A stretch of DNA of 39,981 nt, from IMG/VR virus record IMGVR_UViG_3300009285_000029. One strand, given 5' to 3'. Under the pieces are notes generated by a model. The model made no database searches. It was not told where the DNA came from and saw only the letters and a program-made list of their open reading frames with translations. Below, one piece after another: positions 29,692-38,110 of this stretch. The stretch comes from a virus. The translations under genes were made by a program, and so were the position numbers. How positions within the stretch are numbered: the first letter of the stretch is position 1; each line of letters starts with the position of its first letter.

Positions 29692-30813
29692 ATGAGATTG
29701 CCGCTAATCATCAGACGGATGATAAACCGAGGCCGCGCCGTTGCTCTTGTGGGCTTTGCCAACAGCACTTTCCCCGATGCGAAATATTCCAAGGCGGACG
29801 AGTTCTGGACGATGAACCAGGGCGCGATGCCTCACAATCCACTAAATCTACCGGGGGTGGACAGACTCTTTGAAATGCACAGCTACGAGGAGCACCTTCT
29901 TTCTCAGAACGTGAGAGACAACGAGAAGTACAGAGATTGGCTGGGCGAGGAACATCCTTTCCCCATTTACGTGCTGGAGGAGCGAAAGGAAATTCCCTCC
30001 GGCGTGCACTATCCCATCGAGGAAATCCTAAAAGACATCTTCAGGCATTGCTGGCGCGGTGCGGAAAGAAATAAATTCCTCACCAGCACAGCAGAACAGA
30101 TGGTGGCGCTTGCAATACACGAGGGATTTGGTCAAATTGAAATTTATGGAATCGAGATGGCTTCTGGCTCGGAATATCGGTATCAGCGCGAGGGCATGAG
30201 CCACATGCTCGGCGTTGCCGAGGGACGCGGAATAGATGTTGTTTTGCACAAGCGCTCCGCGCTGCTGCGGGCGAAACTGTATGGCTACGAAGCCGGGCAA
30301 ATGCTCCCTCACAGCCAGATGCAGCCTCTACTGGAAGCCTTTAGCAAGTACGAGGCGAAGGCCCGAGTGAATGCAGTGGCAAAAGACGGGATTGCCCAAG
30401 TGAATGCCCTGGCCTGGCAGAACTTATACGGCGGGGCGCGGCAAGCCTGCGAGAAACTCATGAGCCTGGGGAAACTGACCACTCGGCAAACGGCGGAGAC
30501 ATACTATCGAGCCTACGCCATGCAAAAGGCCACCTGGCTGGGCGAGGCCAATGTTCTGTTTGGGACATACGAAGGTAAACTGGACAAGAAAAGTTATCAA
30601 AAGGCCGTGGAAGCTCTCAACCTGATGTATTCCTACGACGGCGCGATGCAGGCTTGTGAGCAAGTCATCGCCTTGTGCGACCTTCAGGAGGCGAGGTTGG
30701 AACTTGAAATGACGGTCGTTCCTGTGGACTTGGAGCACGAACTAATAGAGCCTGTGAATGGCAAATTGGATGAAGTAACTGTCAGAAGAATGGAGAAAGA
30801 TGCCGCAGTATAG
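29692..30813 (+). CDS. Rossmann-like enzyme resembling the CstII (GT42) sialyltransferase / DUF115 (Maf, MptE) fold, putative glycosyltransferase
   Basis: VALVGFANSTFPDAKYSKADEFWTMNQ parallels CstII VIIAGNGPSLKEIDYSRLPNDFDVFRCNQ. LTSTAEQMVALAIHEGFGQIEIYGIEM parallels ITSGVYMCAVAIALGYKEIYLSGIDF. No SD is visible. Confidence 0.45.
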   Translation: MRLPLIIRRMINRGRAVALVGFANSTFPDAKYSKADEFWTMNQGAMPHNPLNLPGVDRLFEMHSYEEHLLSQNVRDNEKYRDWLGEEHPFPIYVLEERKEIPSGVHYPIEEILKDIFRHCWRGAERNKFLTSTAEQMVALAIHEGFGQIEIYGIEMASGSEYRYQREGMSHMLGVAEGRGIDVVLHKRSALLRAKLYGYEAGQMLPHSQMQPLLEAFSKYEAKARVNAVAKDGIAQVNALAWQNLYGGARQACEKLMSLGKLTTRQTAETYYRAYAMQKATWLGEANVLFGTYEGKLDKKSYQKAVEALNLMYSYDGAMQACEQVIALCDLQEARLELEMTVVPVDLEHELIEPVNGKLDEVTVRRMEKDAAV

Positions 30814-31126
30814 CTTCGCCTGTGACTGTGGGAACTCTCTCGACACCGTCCGGTCTATCAAGACCGGCCCTCCTCAGCATTTGAAGTGCGCGCTGTGTGG
30901 GCGCTTGATGCAACGCATTTACCGGGTGGCTCCCAACGTACCGAAGGTAACGCGCAATCCCTGGGACGTGATGTATGAAACCATCATAGAACCCGGCTGG
31001 CAAAAGAGCATGGAGAAATACGAACGCAGCGGCCAGCGGAGGCGAGACGACCAATATCGCCTGAGCCAGGCTGAGAAAAGAAAGACCGAGAAGGAAAACC
31101 AAAAACGAACCGTCCTAGGAGCGTGA
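30800..31126 (+). CDS. FmdB-like zinc-ribbon protein with a basic C-terminal tail (108 aa)
   Basis: MPQYSFACDCGNS...KCALCG resembles the MPxYeYxCxxCG...CPxCG family, with the first knuckle CxC here. GGAGAA RBS. Overlaps the upstream gene by 14 nt. Confidence 0.5.
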   Translation: MPQYSFACDCGNSLDTVRSIKTGPPQHLKCALCGRLMQRIYRVAPNVPKVTRNPWDVMYETIIEPGWQKSMEKYERSGQRRRDDQYRLSQAEKRKTEKENQKRTVLGA

Positions 31127-31127
31127 A

Positions 31128-31619
31128 ATGACTAAACTCACCGATCTCACAAAAGCACAACTGGCAGAGGAAAACGAGCGCCTGCAGCAACTGCTCATCC
31201 AGAAGGAAAAGGAACTGAACGATGCGCAGGATGCTTTGAAAGCACAGCTTGGCGGGACGATGCAGGAGGGCTACCTGGTGCTCACGCCAAACCCCGTCAC
31301 AACTGTGACCTCCGGCGTGCGCATCTACGCCGGACGCGCCTTCCTTCCAATTGTGCGTCCGCCCAAAGGCGCGCGCCCTACCCTTGCTCCTATGACCAAG
31401 GAGGAATCAAATGAACAGTACATGGCGCGCAAGGACAAGTTCCACGCGGCGCTTCAGGAGTGGGAGGGCTACGACGCCCAACAGCAGCTTCTACGCACCC
31501 TGGTCGCCGATTTCGGCTACGACGTGAGGGAGTTGAAAGCCTCCGACCTGGCGCAGCTGCGGGAAGACCCGCTGGCCGCCGAACAGGTTGGGCTGAGCCT
31601 TGCGGAAGTGCTGGGCTAA
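31128..31619 (+). CDS. Hypothetical structural-module protein (163 aa)
   Basis: AGGAG RBS with an N-terminal coiled-coil (LAEENERLQQLLIQKEKELNDAQDALKAQ). Confidence 0.65.
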   Translation: MTKLTDLTKAQLAEENERLQQLLIQKEKELNDAQDALKAQLGGTMQEGYLVLTPNPVTTVTSGVRIYAGRAFLPIVRPPKGARPTLAPMTKEESNEQYMARKDKFHAALQEWEGYDAQQQLLRTLVADFGYDVRELKASDLAQLREDPLAAEQVGLSLAEVLG

Positions 31620-31622
31620 CTT

Positions 31623-32489
31623 GTGGCGACGCTTTTCAACGTTGTTCACAACGTCCTCTTGGAACTTGGGGAAGCCATCGAGGGAAAAGCCACGGGCGGC
31701 TCGACTTCGACCATCGTGGACACCGGCGCGACCGGCAACAAGGAATTTGCCAGCAAGGAGGACGATTACTACAACGGCGGCACGGCGGGCATCCTCTACG
31801 ACGCTGGCGGCGCTGCCGCTGCGCCCGAGGGAGAATACTCCGAGGTATCCGACTTCGACCAGGACAGCAAGACCATCACGGTAAGCCCATTACTCACCAT
31901 TGCAGTGGCGGCCAACGACCGCTACTTCGTGGCAAGTGACCGCTTTGCTTTGCAGGAGATCATCGCCCAGGCAAATAAGGCGCGGCAGGAATACAAGATC
32001 GTCAAGACCGACACATCCTTGAGCACAAGCACCAACACGAAAAACTACACCATCCCTACTGGAGTTGTTGATATTCGGCAGATTGTTTTGCAAGACACGA
32101 GCGGGGGAGGCAAGACGCCCTGGCCTTATTGGGAGGAGACGCCCACAGAAATCATTTTCCGGCAATACCCGCCAGCCAGCAGGACTATCGAACTCATTCA
32201 CGTGGCGAACCAGGCTGCAATGTATAACGCCAGCGACACGCTTGACGACCAGATAGCCCTAGAACTTTTCTCCGTGGACGTGGCGCTCAGACTGCTGCGA
32301 AGCCGCAAGCAGCGCGGGCAGCAGAACATCTACGAGGACCTGATCGAGGACTTGCAAATCCGCTATGATAGACTGCGGTTGGAATTCGAGAAGTACGTGC
32401 TCGAACAGCCTCAGCGTGATCCCAGCCGCATGATGCTGCCCGAACGAGGCGGGCAACTGCCTCCCGACCCGCACAACATTCGCTGGTGA
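31623..32489 (+). CDS. Tail/neck structural protein, adaptor or tail-tubular-A-like by position (288 aa)
   Basis: GTG start 3 nt after the upstream stop. Precedes the 886-aa tail protein, as in the gp11/gp12 arrangement of T7-like podoviruses. This is a synteny argument only. Confidence 0.5.
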   Translation: MATLFNVVHNVLLELGEAIEGKATGGSTSTIVDTGATGNKEFASKEDDYYNGGTAGILYDAGGAAAAPEGEYSEVSDFDQDSKTITVSPLLTIAVAANDRYFVASDRFALQEIIAQANKARQEYKIVKTDTSLSTSTNTKNYTIPTGVVDIRQIVLQDTSGGGKTPWPYWEETPTEIIFRQYPPASRTIELIHVANQAAMYNASDTLDDQIALELFSVDVALRLLRSRKQRGQQNIYEDLIEDLQIRYDRLRLEFEKYVLEQPQRDPSRMMLPERGGQLPPDPHNIRW

Positions 32490-32490
32490 C

Positions 32491-35151
32491 ATGCCTCTTT
32501 CCCTCAACGCCCAAGGACACATCAGGCTTTCAGACGGCGACAGCTCGCTGTGGTTCAACTACATAAACTCGAGGGCGCGGATCGACCCGCTTGCCATTTC
32601 CATTTCCCCCATCCCTGAAACGGCAGTACAAATCACCTCAGGCCAGAGCCGCTACGACGACCGCGAACCTCCCTTCGGCGCGACGGCCAGGGATGAATTC
32701 GCCGGTGGACGGGCGCTCAAATACGCCGAGGATGACCGCACCCGCTTCGCGGACAGCTTCCGCCTGAACACCTGGCAGGGGGGCAAACTCTTCCCCGCGC
32801 CGCAGGAGCACTACTGCACGGGCTACCGGAACGGCAATCAGCTTATGCCGGGCAACGTGAACTGGAAGCCCATTCACGACACCAGCCCGCACACGCGCTT
32901 CTTCGCCATGCCTTTCACGCCCTCGGCCAACTACACCGCCGAGCAAATCTGGCTGTGGCTCAGGTTCAGAGGAGACCCCAGCGACCTGACCGTGGCTCTG
33001 AGGGCGGACAGCGCCGGAAGCCCAACGGGGGCGGACATCGACGCCGAGACGCTGGCGGCCAGCAGCTACGAAGAACTGGTGAGCGTGCTGCACATTTTCA
33101 CCACGCTTTCCGAGGCGCTCGTAAGTGGTACAAAATACTGGATCGTCATCACCGCAGACGCCAACGACAGCCCCGAGAACTGCTGGGAAGTAGGGGTGGA
33201 CACCACGGGTACGACGGCCAAGACCTCGCCGGACGGCAGCGCTTGGAGCACATCGGCCTACGACATCTACTACCGCGTGCTGGACGCGGACGACGACTTC
33301 GTAGCGCAGTTCTTCAAGACCATTGGAGGCTTCTACTTCGCCACGAAGCCGGACGATGACGGCGCGGGCAAGCTGTATCGCAACGGCTATCAGGGCGTGG
33401 CCGACGCCAACACCGGCGCGCTGACCAAGCTCAAGGACAGCACGCAAACGGGCTGGGCGGCGGACGCCATCCTGGGCGCGATAGCCGAGCTTTACTTTGG
33501 GCCCGGCTCGACCGAAGACCCGCCGTGGCGCGAGATCACCGCCAGCGCGTCGGGGGAGGCTACCGTTGATCCGGCTTGGAAGATCGAGCATACGACGGGC
33601 ACGATCTACAACATCCTGGGGACGGACGTTTTCGTGGAGGTGAGTACTACGGGTTTGGCCAAGCCTGTGACCTCGGTACTGCCGGTGATGAACTTCGTCT
33701 ACATGGCACAGGGGGACGAGACCGTCATCAGGAAGGCGCGGTTTTATAACAACGCCGGGACTTACACCGAGGCTTTCGATGCCGAAACCGCCAAGGCGCT
33801 CTTCTTAGCCAACCAACTCGATACCTATGGGAACTTGGAGAAAGTTGTACGCATACGCAATCTGAATGACAGCGGAGTCCAGAATCCGGCAGTCAGTTAC
33901 GCTGATGTGACCGACACTTTTGCCACCGACCTCAGCTTCGGAACAGACATCAAGATCGGGCACAGCGATCCCCGCATCACCGGCTTCCAGTTCTGGGGGG
34001 TCCCGGAGCAGCTCATCGTTTTCAAAGAGAACCGGCCATATACCATCGTAGACGAGAAGGCCAAGCCGATGGCGATCCCGGAACTGGACGTGGTAGCCAG
34101 CCCGAAGAACGGGCGGGCAAGCGCGGCCTGGAAGACCTATCTCTGGTTCTCGCTCTTGAACGACCTGGCGCGCTACTACAGCGACAACCTGGATCAGCGC
34201 GGGCCGATGGGAGGAGAGGGCCTGCCCAGCGACCGACAGGGGCCAATCGTGAAACTGCTGGGCTACCCCGAACTGCTGATTGCGGCAGTGGACGGGGGAG
34301 TGGACAACTACTCCTCGATACTCATCTACAATCAGGGGGGCTGGCACGAACTCTACCGCGCCCCGCAGCCGGGTCTGCGCATAAGGAATTTGTACTACCA
34401 AGCCATTCCGGGTCCTACACCGGACAGACTGTGGATTTCGCAGGGCAGCGATGTGCTCTATCTGCACATGCCCTCCGAGACCCTGAACATGCTGGAGGAC
34501 GCCGAGCTTCGCTTCACCCACGAAAGCCACCTCATCACCGGAAAGTTCTCGACCAACCTATTCGACGTTCCTAAGTTGTGGAACGAGATGAAACTGTACT
34601 CCGAGAGCCTGAGCAGCGGAGCACAGGAGGTCTTCCTGGACTACCGCCTGGATGAGGACACGGATTGGGAGAACATCGAGCAGCCCTTCGACGAAGGCCC
34701 GATACAAGACAAATTCATCGGCGAGGCGGGCAGGACGATTTCGAGACAGATCCAATTTCGGCTGCGCCTGCTGACCAACGACGCCAGCGTTGCGCCGGTG
34801 GTGCGCGCCTACGTGATGGAGAGCATTGGCAAGAGTCCGGTGAAACACCTGTTGTCCTTCACCGGCCAACTCGTGACCGACCGCATGGACTTGCAGGGAG
34901 ACTTCGACATCCAATCCATCGCCGAGGAGCTTGCTACTCTGAAGAGGTGGGAGAGCAACAAGGGACGCTGGGTGGTGGTGAGCAAGGCGCAAAACCCGCT
35001 GGTGGACGAGAAGCTGTACATCATAGACGGCGTGGCCTACCAGCCCATGCTGCTCGAACCCAAGAGCGGGGACACGGATGTGAGCCAGAGACCGGAGAGG
35101 GAGGGCTACTACGTGCAATTAACCCTGATCGAGGTGGGCGATGCCCCCTAG
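32491..35151 (+). CDS. Large tail structural protein, nozzle or tail-tubular-B-like by size and position (886 aa)
   Basis: ATG 1 nt after the upstream stop. It is the largest protein of the tail module. No family motif was recognised with certainty. Confidence 0.55.
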   Translation: MPLSLNAQGHIRLSDGDSSLWFNYINSRARIDPLAISISPIPETAVQITSGQSRYDDREPPFGATARDEFAGGRALKYAEDDRTRFADSFRLNTWQGGKLFPAPQEHYCTGYRNGNQLMPGNVNWKPIHDTSPHTRFFAMPFTPSANYTAEQIWLWLRFRGDPSDLTVALRADSAGSPTGADIDAETLAASSYEELVSVLHIFTTLSEALVSGTKYWIVITADANDSPENCWEVGVDTTGTTAKTSPDGSAWSTSAYDIYYRVLDADDDFVAQFFKTIGGFYFATKPDDDGAGKLYRNGYQGVADANTGALTKLKDSTQTGWAADAILGAIAELYFGPGSTEDPPWREITASASGEATVDPAWKIEHTTGTIYNILGTDVFVEVSTTGLAKPVTSVLPVMNFVYMAQGDETVIRKARFYNNAGTYTEAFDAETAKALFLANQLDTYGNLEKVVRIRNLNDSGVQNPAVSYADVTDTFATDLSFGTDIKIGHSDPRITGFQFWGVPEQLIVFKENRPYTIVDEKAKPMAIPELDVVASPKNGRASAAWKTYLWFSLLNDLARYYSDNLDQRGPMGGEGLPSDRQGPIVKLLGYPELLIAAVDGGVDNYSSILIYNQGGWHELYRAPQPGLRIRNLYYQAIPGPTPDRLWISQGSDVLYLHMPSETLNMLEDAELRFTHESHLITGKFSTNLFDVPKLWNEMKLYSESLSSGAQEVFLDYRLDEDTDWENIEQPFDEGPIQDKFIGEAGRTISRQIQFRLRLLTNDASVAPVVRAYVMESIGKSPVKHLLSFTGQLVTDRMDLQGDFDIQSIAEELATLKRWESNKGRWVVVSKAQNPLVDEKLYIIDGVAYQPMLLEPKSGDTDVSQRPEREGYYVQLTLIEVGDAP

Positions 35152-35608
35152 CATTGGCAGCTATCCCATGCGCTTGAAACGAACGGCGATGCCGAGGGTG
35201 GAGAGCGGCGAGAAAGAGCCTCTGGGCTTCATCAACGGCATCCAGGCCGACAGCCGCGAGGAATGGTTTTGGGCTAACTCGGCCTGGTCTCTGGGCTGGG
35301 CGGGGCGCTTCCATTACCAGCTCCCACTCGGCGGCGGAAGCCAGCGCAGGGGCGGGCAGATATTGGACTTTCTTTTTATGGCTCGGCCTGTGGCGCTCTG
35401 GACGCACATCGACGGGGTATACTGGCATGACCCGAACCGGGACGCCTTCGAGCGAAGGCAGACCGCCTACCTGCTGCTGAGAGAATACGGCATCGTGGCG
35501 GAACCCGCCGAGGTTCCGCAAAGAAGCCCTGGCAGCGTGACCACCGACCTGCTGTCCACGCAGGAGGCCTCCGACAGGCTGTTCCTGCAAGTGATTGGAA
35601 GATACTAG
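35141..35608 (+). CDS. Vsr/DUF559-like PD-(D/E)XK superfamily protein (putative endonuclease)
   Basis: ILDFLFMARPVALWTHIDGVYWHDPNRDAFERRQTAYLLLREYGI parallels E. coli Vsr RPDFVV...CVIFTHGCFWHHH...NVERDRRDISRLQELGW. Overlaps the upstream tail gene by 11 nt. Confidence 0.5.
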   Translation: MPPSIGSYPMRLKRTAMPRVESGEKEPLGFINGIQADSREEWFWANSAWSLGWAGRFHYQLPLGGGSQRRGGQILDFLFMARPVALWTHIDGVYWHDPNRDAFERRQTAYLLLREYGIVAEPAEVPQRSPGSVTTDLLSTQEASDRLFLQVIGRY

Positions 35609-35617
35609 GAGAACGAT

Positions 35618-36058
35618 ATGGTCGCAACGATTACCCACTACAACAGCTTCATCACCCGCCAACTGAACGGAAATGCGATCGACCTGGACACCGACACCAT
35701 CAAGGTCGCCCTGGTTACGTCTACTTACGTACCAAACCAGGACACTCACGACTTCTTCGACGACATCACCAACGAACTGGCGGCTACGGGCAACTACACC
35801 GCGGGCGGCGCGGCGATTGGCTCGAAGACCGTGACCCAGGACGATGTGAACAACGGCGCGACCTTCGATGGCGCGGACGTGACCTGGACGGCGCTGACGC
35901 CCTCGGCGGCGTTTCGATACGGCATCATCTACAAGGACACCGGCGCAGCCGCGACCTCTCCGCTTATCGCCTACATCGACTTTGGCGCAAACCAGAACCC
36001 GGGCGGGAACAATTTCACAATTCAATGGCACGCAGATGGGATTGCCTACATCCGTTAG
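35618..36058 (+). CDS. Tail-module structural protein (146 aa)
   Basis: AGGAGA RBS. Beta-rich sequence (IDLDTDTIKVALVTSTYVPNQDTHDFFDDITNELAATGNYTAGGAAI...) of a type commonly found next to fibre genes. Confidence 0.6.
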   Translation: MVATITHYNSFITRQLNGNAIDLDTDTIKVALVTSTYVPNQDTHDFFDDITNELAATGNYTAGGAAIGSKTVTQDDVNNGATFDGADVTWTALTPSAAFRYGIIYKDTGAAATSPLIAYIDFGANQNPGGNNFTIQWHADGIAYIR

Positions 36059-36066
36059 GTTGTTGA

Positions 36067-37017
36067 ATGGCTGACGTAGTAAAAGGAACGGTCGTCAACA
36101 AAAAGGGGTCTGGCGCTTCCAGCGATTCGGTGAGCGTGACCTGCAACGGCACGAACCGCCTTCTGCTGGTGTTTTTCGCGCTCGTGGACGCTGCGAACCC
36201 TGCCGATATGAATATCACCGCCATCACCTACGCAGGAGCAGCCCTAACGCGCTACCAAGGCCGCCAGTTTGCGGGAAATGACGGCGAAACCGAAGTCTGG
36301 TATCTGGTAAACCCGGCCTCGGGCGCAAACACGCTTAGCTGGACCTTCCAGGGAGCGACCGACGACCACATCTGCGTCGCCATACCTCTGCAAAACGTGA
36401 ACCAGACCTCGCCGATGAACACGGGCAACGGCTCGGCGGGGACGGGAACATCGAGGTCGGTCAGCGTCACCACCACAGTAGACAGATGCCAGCTTTACAG
36501 CTTACTGGCTCTCTCTGCAGCAGCGACCAACGTTGCAGTGGGCAGCGGCCAGACCGCCATTTCATCGCAAACACAAGGGAACGTAGAGGAAATGGCCGGG
36601 GAGAAGGACGCGGTGGTGACGCCAGCGGGGGCGGCCTCGATGAACTTCACCTGGACGGGGAGCGTGGTAAACTCGGAAGAGGTGGTCGCTATTGACTCTG
36701 AGGGCACAACGGCCAGCCCTCCCGCCCTTGCGCTGAACGCCAACGAGAACGCGCCCACCGTCCTGCACGAAGCCGGAGCGTCTGCAAAGAGCCTGGCGCT
36801 CACCTTCCCCGCGCCCACGTTGGTCGAGATCTTGGTAGCACTCCCGCCCGCGCTGGCGAAGACACTCACCTTCCCCGCGCCCAGCTTCTACTCACGACCC
36901 ATTGATATAATGACAGCGCGTATGCCGCCTAGGAACATGCGCGCCCGCTCGCCGGAGACCGACATGACCGCCAAGACGCCGCCGCGCAGGATGCGGGCAA
37001 GGAGCCCTGATGGCTGA
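36067..37017 (+). CDS. Putative tail fibre/receptor-binding protein with a repetitive basic C-terminus (316 aa)
   Basis: Ser/Thr/Gly/Ala-rich beta-type sequence. C-terminal duplications are LALTFPAPTL / KTLTFPAPSF and MTARMPPRNMRARSPE / MTAKTPPRRMRARSPD. Confidence 0.55.
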   Translation: MADVVKGTVVNKKGSGASSDSVSVTCNGTNRLLLVFFALVDAANPADMNITAITYAGAALTRYQGRQFAGNDGETEVWYLVNPASGANTLSWTFQGATDDHICVAIPLQNVNQTSPMNTGNGSAGTGTSRSVSVTTTVDRCQLYSLLALSAAATNVAVGSGQTAISSQTQGNVEEMAGEKDAVVTPAGAASMNFTWTGSVVNSEEVVAIDSEGTTASPPALALNANENAPTVLHEAGASAKSLALTFPAPTLVEILVALPPALAKTLTFPAPSFYSRPIDIMTARMPPRNMRARSPETDMTAKTPPRRMRARSPDG

Positions 37018-37336
37018 ACTGGAATACATTTGGCTTGACCCGAGACGGATAAAGATCAGGGAGGGCGCGCAGGACGTGGGGCGCACCGTCACCTTCGACG
37101 ACACCGTGTCCAGCGTGACCGTGACCGCCTACCTGGGGACGAAGGACGTGACCGCCACCGTGTATTCGACCGGAACACAGAGCATAAGCGGGAAGGTGTT
37201 GACGCTGAAAACATTCTCCGCGTTCGCCCCTGGGAAGATTTACGTGGTGAAGATCCTGGGGACTGTGGCGGGGCTGGTGTGGGTGTGGGCGTTCGAGTAC
37301 GAAACACAGCAATCGTACCAGAAGTGGAGCGGCTGA
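37010..37336 (+). CDS. Small beta-sandwich-like tail-module protein (108 aa)
   Basis: AAGGAG RBS with an 8-nt overlap with the upstream gene. Sequence includes VTVTAYLGTKDVTATVYSTGTQSISGKVLTLK. Confidence 0.6.
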   Translation: MAELEYIWLDPRRIKIREGAQDVGRTVTFDDTVSSVTVTAYLGTKDVTATVYSTGTQSISGKVLTLKTFSAFAPGKIYVVKILGTVAGLVWVWAFEYETQQSYQKWSG

Positions 37337-37339
37337 TGC

Positions 37340-37348
37340 TGCTAGAAT
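37340..37348 (+). promoter_or_regulatory. Extended -10 promoter candidate identical to the early promoter 9-mer
   Basis: TGCTAGAAT is the same 9-mer as at 6420-6428. It is embedded in the palindrome TAGAATTCTA and lies 19 nt upstream of ATG 37368. The -35 is poor. Confidence 0.35.
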
Positions 37349-37367
37349 TCTACAGAGGAGTAACCCG

Positions 37368-38057
37368 ATGAAGAAACTTTTGTTGCTGGGGTTGTTCTTG
37401 GGGTTGTTCTTGAGTTTCCAGAAAGGAGACGGACTGGTGACAGATACGATTGGAACGGTGCTTACAGATTTGCTTGGGATGGTTCTCCCCCCCGAGGGGC
37501 AGAATCGCCTCGAAACGCTGAGGATGGAACTGGACAAGATGTACAAGGCGACGCAAAAGGTGGGAGGCCACGAGGCGCAGTTTAGCAGGATCAACACGGA
37601 TGAAATCAACGCGGTCTACCTTCCGAATGAGCCGGCTAGGTGGGCGCGCGACACCGTCCAATCCATACCCAACAATACCCAAACTGCCATCGTCTTTGAT
37701 GTAGAGGACTTCAACGAAAGCGCGTTCACCTGGGATGCTGCAGATGGGGCTAAAATTTCTGCGAAGGGCATTGTGACGCCCCACCACAGGTTTATTATTA
37801 GCGGACACGTTATCTTTGCGGCGAACAGCACAGGATATAGAACAATCGTCTTCGCTGCATACGATTCCAGTGATGTGCTGATAGGGGGGGGTACACTCGT
37901 ACAACTCAGTGCGCCCTCAACTGCCTTTGCTGCGTCTTTTACCGAGATGACGGAGGTGGTCAAAGACTTTAGCTACTTCACCATCGAGGTTATCCAAACT
38001 AGTGGAGCTGCTCTCGATCTTGCGTTTGCACTGGTTTTCGTCATTCGGGTTTACTAG
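37368..38057 (+). CDS. C1q/TNF-like jelly-roll protein with an N-terminal signal/anchor-like segment (putative receptor-binding protein)
   Basis: N-terminus is MKKLLLLGLFLGLFLSF. FSRINTDE...SIPNNTQTAIVFDVEDFNESAFTWDAADGAKISAKGIVTPHHRFIISGHVIFAANSTGYRTIVFAAYD follows the C1q-domain pattern (Fsa...ip.n..t.i.Fd.e..n.g..fd...g.F.ap..G.Y.f...v). Confidence 0.55.
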   Translation: MKKLLLLGLFLGLFLSFQKGDGLVTDTIGTVLTDLLGMVLPPEGQNRLETLRMELDKMYKATQKVGGHEAQFSRINTDEINAVYLPNEPARWARDTVQSIPNNTQTAIVFDVEDFNESAFTWDAADGAKISAKGIVTPHHRFIISGHVIFAANSTGYRTIVFAAYDSSDVLIGGGTLVQLSAPSTAFAASFTEMTEVVKDFSYFTIEVIQTSGAALDLAFALVFVIRVY

Positions 38058-38110
38058 GAGAGTTGAGTGGCTAAATTCGTTCGCATGGGCGTGGACGCGG
38101 GGAGGTTCAG

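Noticed and set aside
36067-38057. Diversity-generating retroelement targeting the fibre or C1q-like genes
   Set aside because: No reverse transcriptase ORF is present anywhere in the genome. I saw no template/variable repeat pair with adenine-specific differences.
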